Source: Oscillospiraceae bacterium
GTDB lineage: Bacteria; Bacillota; Clostridia; Oscillospirales; Oscillospiraceae
Direction of reading: 5' to 3'
Assembly: GCA_017861365.1 (NCBI GenBank)
Contig: JAGFXR010000020.1
Coordinates: 1-20,339 of the forward strand
Length of the DNA: 20,339 nucleotides
This document shows, in pieces, positions 1 through 7,281 of this stretch (within the stretch, counting starts at the first letter, position 1; each line of letters begins with the position of its first letter). The notes beneath the pieces are model-generated. The model was not told the origin of the DNA. It did not search any database and saw only the letters and a list, made by a program, of their open reading frames with translations. Position numbers and translations under genes: made by a program.

Positions 1-1824
1 CTGAATCAGGCGCCCAGTTTCCTCCTCCGCAAACTGGTTGCTGTAAAGTTCATAATAATATCCGCGGTTTCTGAGGAGTTCCGAATGCTGTCCCTGCTCC
101 ACAATAAGCCCATTTTTTACCACAAGAATGAGATCCGCGTGACGGATGGTGGAGAGTCTGTGGGCTATGATAAAGGATGTTCTATTCCGCAGCAAGTAAG
201 AGATTGCGTTCTGGATCAACTGCTCTGTCTGAGTATCCACTGAGCTGGTGGCTTCATCTAAAATGAAAATTCTCGGATCGGCCAGAACTGCCCGCGCAAA
301 CGAGATCAGTTGTTTTTCACCGGTGGACAACTGATCGCCTCCTTCGCCAACAGTACTTTGCCAGCCGTTAGGCAGTTTTTCCACCACTGAATCCGCTGAA
401 ACACTCCGCGCAGCGGCTATAACCTCCTCATCCGTGGCATTCAGACGGCCATAGCGGATGTTTTCCATGACCGTTCCGGAAAACAGGTGAGGATTTTGCA
501 GTACATACCCAATATTGGAGTGCAGCCAAAGCTGGCTTCTTTCCCGGTAATCCCGTCCGTCAATCAGAATGCTTCCCTGTGTTGGCTCATAAAAACGGCT
601 GACCAAATGAATGAGAGTGCTTTTTCCCGCCCCGGTTTCCCCCACAAGAGCAACGGTAGTTCCGGCCGGAATTGTCAGAGAAAATCGAGTGAGCACGGTT
701 TCGTTTCCGTCCGGATACTGGAATGTAACGTCACGAAATTCAATATCACCGATCAGCGGCTCCCAATTTTCGCGCTTGGGATGGAAGCTGTCGCCATAAC
801 GCGCGATTACCTCGGGGCGGTCCCGGACTGTGACCTCCTGATCCAGCAGCCCGGTGACCCGCTCGATGGATGCCTGGAGGGAGATGAAATCCGCAATATT
901 GGACGCGGTGGTTTTAATCGGTTCGAAAATACCCACCGCATAAGAGATAAAAGCGGACAGCGTACCAAGGGCCAACGCATCGTCCAGAACCATAAAACCG
1001 CCTCTGACCAGTACAACGGAAACCGCCATAGTGGAGCAGAACAGCACCAGAGGGACGTAGATCGCGCTGAGCCGTGCGGCAGCGATGCCGGAAGTACGCA
1101 TTTCTTTGGTTAGTTTCTGAAAATCCGTGCTGTTGGACTCTTCAATTACCAGAGTTTTCGATGTCTTGGCACCCATAATACCTTCATTGAATGCGCCTGT
1201 GATTTTGGAGTTGCTCTTTCTGACCTTGCGGTTCCAGTGCAGAATTTTATTCTGAAAATAGCCGGTGAGCACGGCCAGCACGGGAACGATCAGCAAAACG
1301 GGTATGGCCAGCTTCCAGTTGAGCAGCAGCATGGCAATCAGGCTGCCCAATACATAGACCACAGACCACTGGATATCGGGCAATTGCCAAGCCAGCAGCG
1401 CCGAAATACGGTCCGTGTCGCTCATGACACGGGTCAGCAGATAGCCCACCGGCGTGACGTTGTAGTACGCGATAGAGAGCTCCTGAAGATGGACAAACAG
1501 CGCACGCTTCATATCTCTGCCCAATCCCATTTCCAGCCGCATGGAGCCCTGGGCGAAGACAATGACAGCCAGTGATTGGACGATGATGGCCAACAGGTAG
1601 GTAAGCGCGAAGGGTAAAAGCCCTTTCACTGTCTGGTGTCCGATCAGTTCATTCACCGCGTAGCGCTGAAACAGCGGAAGCGCAATATCCACAAGGGCGC
1701 AGATCAGGTTAAACCCAATGATGAGCGCAACCGTGCCCAGGTATGGCTGGAGGAAAATCCGGAGCCGTTTCCAGATGCGCAGATCAAACGACATGGTAAA
1801 GTCCTGTTCGTCATAGGCTGCCAT
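1..1824 (-). CDS. ABC transporter ATP-binding/permease protein, downstream half of a heterodimeric exporter. Partial: the C-terminal end runs off the window start.
   Basis: The reverse-strand translation from ATG at 1822-1824 reads MAAYDEQDFTMSFDLRIW..., a six-helix TMD followed by an NBD. Walker A is GETGAGKST and Walker B is IFILDEATS with a consensus Glu. The signature motif is a deviant LSTGE. The RBS is GGGAGG with an 8-nt spacer, and the gene overlaps the upstream gene by 14 nt. It is absent from the ORF track because it runs off the window edge. Confidence 0.85.
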   Translation of the reverse strand, partial: MAAYDEQDFTMSFDLRIWKRLRIFLQPYLGTVALIIGFNLICALVDIALPLFQRYAVNELIGHQTVKGLLPFALTYLLAIIVQSLAVIVFAQGSMRLEMGLGRDMKRALFVHLQELSIAYYNVTPVGYLLTRVMSDTDRISALLAWQLPDIQWSVVYVLGSLIAMLLLNWKLAIPVLLIVPVLAVLTGYFQNKILHWNRKVRKSNSKITGAFNEGIMGAKTSKTLVIEESNSTDFQKLTKEMRTSGIAAARLSAIYVPLVLFCSTMAVSVVLVRGGFMVLDDALALGTLSAFISYAVGIFEPIKTTASNIADFISLQASIERVTGLLDQEVTVRDRPEVIARYGDSFHPKRENWEPLIGDIEFRDVTFQYPDGNETVLTRFSLTIPAGTTVALVGETGAGKSTLIHLVSRFYEPTQGSILIDGRDYRERSQLWLHSNIGYVLQNPHLFSGTVMENIRYGRLNATDEEVIAAARSVSADSVVEKLPNGWQSTVGEGGDQLSTGEKQLISFARAVLADPRIFILDEATSSVDTQTEQLIQNAISYLLRNRTSFIIAHRLSTIRHADLILVVKNGLIVEQGQHSELLRNRGYYYELYSNQFAEEETGRLIQ

Positions 1825-3568
1825 CCGTCACGCCTCCCTTCAACAGCGTGCGGTCATCGCTGCTCATCTGAATCTCAAAAATGTCTTTGTAAAGCCCGGG
1901 ACGCGACAAAAGTTCCTTATGGGTTCCCATATCTGATAGTTTCCCGTGCTCCAGAACCAGGATACAGTCAGCCTGCATCAGAGTGGTGATGCGGTGGGAG
2001 ATGAGAATGACCGTGGCGTCCTGAATTTCACGCTTTAAGGCAGCGCGGATATTTGCGTCGGTTTCTGTGTCCACCGCGGAGAGGGAATCGTCGAAAATCA
2101 TAATGGGTGTTTTTTGCAGCAGCATCCGGGCAATTGCCACCCGCTGCTTTTGTCCGCCGGAGAGGGTTACGCCGCGCTCCCCCACCACGGTGTCATAACC
2201 GTGGTTCAGTTCTGAGATGGCCTCGTCCACGCAGGCGATTTCAGCCGCGCGCCGAACCTCCTCCTGCTGTGCGGAAGGGCGGGTCACGGTAATATTCTCC
2301 AAAATTGTCCGCGAAAATAGAAATGGCTCCTGTAGAACAATTCCAATCTGGCGGCGCAGGCGGCGGCGGTCAAAATCGTTGATATTCACGCCGCCGATGG
2401 TGATGCTGCCCTGACCGGACTTCAAGTCATAAAGCCTGTCCAGCAGATGCACGAGGGTGCTCTTGCCTGAGCCGGTTGGCCCCAGAATGGCAAAGGTTTT
2501 GCCCTTCGGAATGGTAAAGCTGACGTTGCGGAGCACTTGAGCTCCGTCATAATCAAAGCTGACATTATGAAAGACAATGTCTCCCGTGATGGGCGCGTCA
2601 ACAGTATCTTCGGCATCGGTTTCCGCGGGCGAATTTAAAATATATCCCACACGCTCAATGGAAACCCCTGCCTTGCTCATTTCAGACAGAACTCTGCCAA
2701 GACCTCTGACCGGCCATGCCAGGCTGGCGCTGTAAGAGATAAACGCCAGAAATTCACCCAGCGTCAGTGTTCCGTTGACGGTTTCCCAGGTGCCGGCCAC
2801 CACTACCGCCATGAGCTGAAGGCTGGTTAAAAAATCACCCATGGCCCAGAAGGCGGACATGGTCTTGCCCAGGTGAATCCACAGCCCGGAAAACAAGCGG
2901 TTTTTTTCATCAAACCGCTCAATTTCGAACTGCTCCCGTCCAAACGCCCGTACCACACGCACGCCCGTCAGATTTTCCTGCACCACGCTGGTCAGCTCGC
3001 CCTCCGCTATGTCCGCGCGTTCGAACCGAGACGCGATTTGGCCGAAGAAGACCACGGAAGCCACCATGATCAGCGGCAGAAAAATGCAGGAGAGGATGGA
3101 GAGCCGCAGATTCATAGAGAACATGATGGATAGATCCACGGCAACCAGAATGACCGTACGGATGACCTCTGTCAACTGTGTGCAGACAAAATTGCGAATG
3201 ACCTCCACATCGGAGGTGCACCGCTGAATAATATCGCCGGTCTGGTTTGCGGAATGCCAGGCGAAGGGAAGTCTTTGAATATGAGCAAACAGGTTGTCCC
3301 TGATGCGCTTGACAAAAGCTTCGGAGCCTTTTGCCAGCATGTTTTTCTGCCCATAGGTCATGATTCCTCCGAGCAGCGCGATCACTAAAATGGAACCGGA
3401 AACCGCCAGCAGACCGGAAACCGGATGATCGAGGATACGGTCCGTTCCAAAAAGCTCCGCGATTCTTTGAGATAAGCCTGTACCCGTTGCGCCCACAAGA
3501 GAATTTACCGTGACACTGATGATCTGCGGAATCAGCGCGGTACAGATCAGGCTGAACAGTGAGCACAC
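1811..3568 (-). CDS. ABC transporter ATP-binding/permease protein, upstream half of the heterodimeric exporter. The start is uncertain and may extend to about 3630.
   Basis: The 585-aa ORF has a TMD plus an NBD with Walker A GPTGSGKST and a canonical signature LSGGQKQRVAIARMLL. Its Walker B is IMIFDDSLSAVD, with Asp replacing the catalytic Glu, so this site is degenerate. There is no in-frame ATG: the ORF begins at a GTG with no SD. The upstream in-frame stretch (I S L K N K T T L I L E C L T G I K R F F...) looks like a genuine N-terminus and lies after a GAGAGGAG motif. Confidence 0.8.
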   Translation of the reverse strand: MCSLFSLICTALIPQIISVTVNSLVGATGTGLSQRIAELFGTDRILDHPVSGLLAVSGSILVIALLGGIMTYGQKNMLAKGSEAFVKRIRDNLFAHIQRLPFAWHSANQTGDIIQRCTSDVEVIRNFVCTQLTEVIRTVILVAVDLSIMFSMNLRLSILSCIFLPLIMVASVVFFGQIASRFERADIAEGELTSVVQENLTGVRVVRAFGREQFEIERFDEKNRLFSGLWIHLGKTMSAFWAMGDFLTSLQLMAVVVAGTWETVNGTLTLGEFLAFISYSASLAWPVRGLGRVLSEMSKAGVSIERVGYILNSPAETDAEDTVDAPITGDIVFHNVSFDYDGAQVLRNVSFTIPKGKTFAILGPTGSGKSTLVHLLDRLYDLKSGQGSITIGGVNINDFDRRRLRRQIGIVLQEPFLFSRTILENITVTRPSAQQEEVRRAAEIACVDEAISELNHGYDTVVGERGVTLSGGQKQRVAIARMLLQKTPIMIFDDSLSAVDTETDANIRAALKREIQDATVILISHRITTLMQADCILVLEHGKLSDMGTHKELLSRPGLYKDIFEIQMSSDDRTLLKGGVTDGSL

Positions 3569-3715
3569 GATGGATACGGCAAAAAAACGTTTGATTCCCG
3601 TCAGGCACTCCAGAATCAGAGTGGTTTTATTTTTTAATGAAATATTATTATTGTTGCAATGCTCCTCTCAATAGACAACGGCTGATTCGGTCAATCAATA
3701 TAGTCTCCGCACGCT

Positions 3716-3743
3716 TGAAAAAACACCTCTGAGAGTTCAGAGG
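3716..3743 (-). terminator. Rho-independent terminator of the thioesterase gene
   Basis: The stem is CCTCTGA / TCAGAGG (7 bp) with a 4-nt loop at 3726-3743. On the minus strand it is followed by TGTTTTTTCAAGC. Confidence 0.55.
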
Positions 3744-3774
3744 CGTCAGCTGTCAGCGCGTGGGACAATACGGT

Positions 3775-4167
3775 TCAGCTCTTTTGGAACACGTTAAAGA
3801 CCGCGGTGGCGACAGCGGCATTGTGCTCCGATACGATCGTGACTTCATAGTGGCCGAGGGTACGTCCATCCTTGCGCCTTCGCGCCTCGGCGGTCAGGAT
3901 TCCGCCCTTGGCCGCACCGAGAAAGTTGATCTGTCCGTCAATGGTGACCGTAACGCCTCTGTTCCAGTTGGCGGCAACAGCGCAGGTGAAGTCCGCCATG
4001 GTAAACAGTGCGCCCCCCATCACCGTTCCCGCCGCGTTTAAGTGGCGATTCTCCACTTGTAATGTGCATTTGGCGTAACCGTCGGCAACCTCGGCAATCC
4101 AAACGCCGCAGGCGTGGGCATAGTGGTCTGCTTTGAACCATTCACGAACCTCTTCGATTGTCTTCAT
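3775..4167 (-). CDS. PaaI-family hotdog-fold acyl-CoA thioesterase
   Basis: The internal Met start reads MKTIEEVREWFKADHY. The sequence NAAGTVMGGALFTMADFTCAVAANW matches the PaaI/YbdB HGG...D active-site region. There is a weak GGGTGA RBS, and the upstream ORF extension lacks a plausible start context. Confidence 0.8.
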   Translation of the reverse strand: MKTIEEVREWFKADHYAHACGVWIAEVADGYAKCTLQVENRHLNAAGTVMGGALFTMADFTCAVAANWNRGVTVTIDGQINFLGAAKGGILTAEARRRKDGRTLGHYEVTIVSEHNAAVATAVFNVFQKS

Positions 4168-4261
4168 CTGTATCACCCGGTACCCTTTTCTTGCTTTATA
4201 GTGGAAAGAAATTCTCTCAGACTGTCGGATTTTGTGTGTTTTATGTGATTCACATGACAAT

Positions 4262-4270
4262 ATTATAGCA
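4262..4270 (-). promoter_or_regulatory. Extended -10 promoter (TGcTATAAT) for the thioesterase gene
   Basis: The minus strand reads tgtgcTATAAT. The -35 element is poor. The predicted TSS falls within the 13-bp palindrome ATGTGAtTCACAT (4243-4255). Confidence 0.4.
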
Positions 4271-4363
4271 CAGCAAATAACCGTGTGGCAAGCCGTATTC
4301 CGCTCAGAGGGATTGGCGGTATCTGGTCAATCATTAAATATTGATTAAATCATTTAATCCCTA

Positions 4364-4392
4364 TTGACAATCAGCTGACCGCGTAATATGAT
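4364..4392 (+). promoter_or_regulatory. Sigma-A type promoter for the DUF1836-nfeD-flotillin operon
   Basis: TTGACA (4364-4369), a 17-nt spacer, then TATGAT (4387-4392). It is preceded by an AT-rich UP-like region containing the 17-bp palindrome GATTAAATcATTTAATC. Confidence 0.55.
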
Positions 4393-4422
4393 TACGGCAT
4401 AGCAGCAAAGGAGGGAGCGAAA

Positions 4423-4983
4423 ATGATACGTTTACTGCCCGGCACCACGATAGAGGTTGATTCATCCCGCGAAAACGCGGCGGAACAGCTTCTCTCGCCG
4501 TTATTCCTTGCGGGGGGGCTTACTCTGTCACAGGTGGCGCAGCTGACCGGCTTAGAACCTTACATCATTCAAAATTGGGTGAAACGCGGGTTTGTATCCC
4601 CGCCGCTGAGTAAGCGGTATTCCAAAAAACAGTTTTGCCGTATCGTGATGATCAACTTGTTAAAAGACAGCCTGCGTATTGAGAAGATATGCAGCCTGCT
4701 GTCCTACCTCAATGGCGTTCTGGATGATGAAACGGACGATATTATTGATGACTTCCGTCTTTATTGCTGCTTTGATCAGGTTGCGGCGCGGATGGAGGCG
4801 GAGTCTCAGGGCGGGCGCGATCAATGGAAAAATTGGTGTGCGGAGGCGTTGCAATCATATGAGGCTCCTTTTCCAGGTGCCCGGGAGCGGGTAGCGCAGG
4901 GGCTTTGGGTGATGCTGACCGCCCATACGGCCGCACGTCTGAGAAGTGAGGCGGAATTGAAATTGAAGGAGATGACGGAATGA
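4423..4983 (+). CDS. DUF1836-like small protein with a MerR-type helix-turn-helix
   Basis: The RBS is AAAGGAGGG. The segment LTLSQVAQLTGLEPYIIQNWVKRGFV fits the MerR-like HTH pattern. The stop overlaps the next start (ATGA at 4980-4983). Confidence 0.7.
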   Translation: MIRLLPGTTIEVDSSRENAAEQLLSPLFLAGGLTLSQVAQLTGLEPYIIQNWVKRGFVSPPLSKRYSKKQFCRIVMINLLKDSLRIEKICSLLSYLNGVLDDETDDIIDDFRLYCCFDQVAARMEAESQGGRDQWKNWCAEALQSYEAPFPGARERVAQGLWVMLTAHTAARLRSEAELKLKEMTE

Positions 4984-5645
4984 ATGCGTGGTGGCTTTCG
5001 CTGTCCGGACTGGAGCAAGTGTTGTTTTGTGTGGCAATTCCAGCGACGCTGCTGATGGTTGTGCAGACACTGCTGCTCCTGTTTGGCATACACGGTCCCG
5101 GCGAAGTGAGCTCAGGCGGAGGGGATGTGGACTCCTCCATGGACGGGCACGACTGGGGCAATCCTCATGAGGATATCATTAATATTGACAACTACTACAC
5201 CCCGAGCGACAGTGCCGCGGCCCACGATGGACTGTTCGCGGGACTGCATCTGTTGACGCTGCGAGGTACAATTGCCTTTTTCTCGATTTTTGGCTGGGGC
5301 TCTCTTTGGCTGCTCCAGATGGGACTGCACTTCTTTCCTGCGCTGCTTCTGGGCGCCGCCATGGGATTCTGCGGTATGGTGCTGATTGCCGTCCTGCTCA
5401 AAGTGGCCATGCAGCTTCAGTATGATGGGACAATGGATCCGCGAAATGCCCTTGGTGTTTCTGGAACTGTTTATCTGACCATTCCTGCCGCCCGTGAGGG
5501 TGCGGGGAAAATCAGCATTATGATTCAAGAGCAGGTATCGGAGGCGGACGCCGTCACCGATGATCCGGAACCCATTCCCACCGGCAACGAGATCACCGTG
5601 GTTGGACTATCGGGAAAAAATATTCTGGTTGTTACAAAAAAGTAG
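4980..5645 (+). CDS. NfeD-like membrane protein (YuaF-type, with a C-terminal OB-fold)
   Basis: The N-terminal half is hydrophobic with several TM helices. The C-terminal part reads GTVYLTIPAAREGAGKISIMIQ...EITVVGLSGKNILVV, a beta-rich NfeD signature. The RBS is AAGGAG with an 8-nt spacer. The gene lies immediately upstream of flotillin, as in yuaF-floT. Confidence 0.75.
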   Translation: MNAWWLSLSGLEQVLFCVAIPATLLMVVQTLLLLFGIHGPGEVSSGGGDVDSSMDGHDWGNPHEDIINIDNYYTPSDSAAAHDGLFAGLHLLTLRGTIAFFSIFGWGSLWLLQMGLHFFPALLLGAAMGFCGMVLIAVLLKVAMQLQYDGTMDPRNALGVSGTVYLTIPAAREGAGKISIMIQEQVSEADAVTDDPEPIPTGNEITVVGLSGKNILVVTKK

Positions 5646-5718
5646 AGCAGAGCCCAAGTTATGGTGTGTACTCCCGGAGAGGGATTCACATAAAAAATAT
5701 TTTAGGAGGAAACATGAT

Positions 5719-7113
5719 ATGGCAGCTTTAATCTTAGCCTGTGTCGTCGCATTGCTTCTTTTTTCACTGGTAATTCTGATTATAACTCGGTACAAAAAAT
5801 GCCCGTCGGACAGAGTGATGGTTATTTATGGTCTGGTGGGCAGCAATAATGACGGAACCACCCGTTCCGCCCGCTGTATCCACGGCGGTGCGGCCTTTAT
5901 CTGGCCTGTGGTGCAGTCCTACGACTTTCTGGATCTGACCCCGCTTTCCATTTCTGTGGATCTGGAAAATGCGCTCTCCCGCCAAAACATCCGCATCAAC
6001 GTGCCATCCCGGTTTACTGTGGGTATTTCCACGGAAAACGGTATTATGCAGAACGCCGCGGAACGCCTTCTGGGCCTGAAGCTTTCTGAAATTCAGGAAC
6101 TGGCGAAGGATATTATCTTCGGTCAGCTGCGCCTGGTCATCGCGACCATGGACATTGAGGAAATCAACACCGACCGCGACAAGTTCCTGGAGGCCGTCTC
6201 CCGCAACGTGGAGGGCGAGCTGAAGAAAATCGGTCTGCGCCTGATCAACGTCAACGTCACCGATATTTCCGATGAATCGGGATACATCGCCGCCCTTGGT
6301 AAGGAGGCTGCCGCGAAAGCCATCAACGACGCGAAAAAGACCGTGGCCGAGAAGGACAGGGACGGTTCCATCGGTGAGGCCAACGCCCGCCGCGACCAGC
6401 GCGTCCAGGTGTCGCAGGCCGACTCCTCTGCCATACAGGGTGAAAACGAGGCACAGATTCAGGTCTCCATGTCCAATGCCGCCCGCCGGGAAAAGGAAGC
6501 GGAAGCGCTGCGCATTGCAACCGCTGCTGAAAAAATAGCCGCGGCGCAGGCTCTGGAGGAGGCGTATGCCGCGGAGCAGAAAGCTGAGACGGCCCGTTTT
6601 GCCCGTGAAAAGGCCACAGCAGAGGCGGACATCATTGTCAAAACCGAAATTGCGAAACGTCAGCTGGAGCTGGAAGCGGAGGCCCAGGCCGAACAAATCC
6701 GCCGCAAGGCAAAGGGTGAGGCGGATGCGATTATGATGAAAATGCAGGCCGAGGCGACCGGTATGCAGGCGATGCTCACCAAACAGGCGGAAGGTCTGCG
6801 AGAGGTCGTATTGGCCGCGGGAGGCGATCCCGACGCGGCTCTGCGGTTGATGCTGGCTGATAAAATGGAGGACTTGTTGAAAATCCAGGTTGAGGCGGTC
6901 AAGGGCATTAAGATTGACAAGGTTACGGTCTGGGACGGCGGCGAAGGCAAGGAAGGCAAAAACGCCACTGCGGGCTTTGTCTCCGGGCTGATGAAGAGCA
7001 TCCCGCCGATGAGCGATATGTTCGATATGGCGGGCATGAATCTCCCCAACTATCTGGGCGCAAAGCAGGATGCTCCCACGCAGTCCAAAGCCGCCGAGGA
7101 GGCGTCCGAATAA
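5719..7113 (+). CDS. floT: Flotillin (SPFH/band-7 domain, FloT-like)
   Basis: The ATG at 5719 follows AGGAGGA with an 8-nt spacer, giving MAALILACVVALLLFSLVILIITRYKKCPSDRVMVIYG, a membrane anchor like that of FloT. An SPFH core is followed by a long Ala/Glu-rich coiled-coil region and KVTVWDGGEG, matching the FloT pattern KITVVDTGG. The ORF-track start at 5560 is an artefactual upstream extension. Confidence 0.85.
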   Translation: MAALILACVVALLLFSLVILIITRYKKCPSDRVMVIYGLVGSNNDGTTRSARCIHGGAAFIWPVVQSYDFLDLTPLSISVDLENALSRQNIRINVPSRFTVGISTENGIMQNAAERLLGLKLSEIQELAKDIIFGQLRLVIATMDIEEINTDRDKFLEAVSRNVEGELKKIGLRLINVNVTDISDESGYIAALGKEAAAKAINDAKKTVAEKDRDGSIGEANARRDQRVQVSQADSSAIQGENEAQIQVSMSNAARREKEAEALRIATAAEKIAAAQALEEAYAAEQKAETARFAREKATAEADIIVKTEIAKRQLELEAEAQAEQIRRKAKGEADAIMMKMQAEATGMQAMLTKQAEGLREVVLAAGGDPDAALRLMLADKMEDLLKIQVEAVKGIKIDKVTVWDGGEGKEGKNATAGFVSGLMKSIPPMSDMFDMAGMNLPNYLGAKQDAPTQSKAAEEASE

Positions 7114-7127
7114 TACCATAGAATCAG

Positions 7128-7166
7128 GGCGCGGGAGTGGGGGCTGATGCTTACCTCTCACGCGCC
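7128..7166 (-). terminator. GC-rich hairpin, candidate terminator for feoB
   Basis: GGCGCGGGAGTGG pairs with CCTCTCACGCGCC (13 positions, 2 mismatches) around a 13-nt loop. On the minus strand it is followed by the T-rich TGATTCTATGGTATTATT. Confidence 0.35.
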
Positions 7167-7168
7167 CG

Positions 7169-7231
7169 GCACAGAAACCACTGGTGACGGCTGATCGTTG
7201 CGATTTGACCGGTGGTTTTCTGTGCTTTTTT
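7169..7231 (+). terminator. Rho-independent terminator of the flotillin operon
   Basis: GCACAGAAACCACTGG pairs with CCGGTGGTTTTCTGTGC to give a stem of about 16 bp with a 24-nt loop, followed by TTTTTT (7226-7231). Confidence 0.55.
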
Positions 7232-7281
7232 GACGCATCAGTGGTTGATCACGTCTGTTTCCATACATTTCATTTGATGAT

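Noticed and set aside
487-1113. A 208-aa plus-strand ORF at the window start
   Set aside because: It is antisense to the ABC transporter NBD coding region. There is no RBS and the product is not protein-like.
4364-4392. A sigma-W type promoter (TGAAAC-N16-CGTATA) upstream of nfeD-flotillin, of the type reported for B. subtilis yuaF-floT
   Set aside because: No match to the sigma-W consensus was found. The only strong element is a housekeeping-type TTGACA-17-TATGAT promoter ahead of the DUF1836 gene.
5764-7161. A 465-aa ORF on the minus strand, antisense to the flotillin gene
   Set aside because: It arises from the reverse complement of the Ala/Glu-rich (GCN/GAR) flotillin coiled-coil codons. 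The product is a low-complexity Arg/Gly/Leu-rich protein with no RBS or start context. The sense strand encodes an unmistakable SPFH protein.
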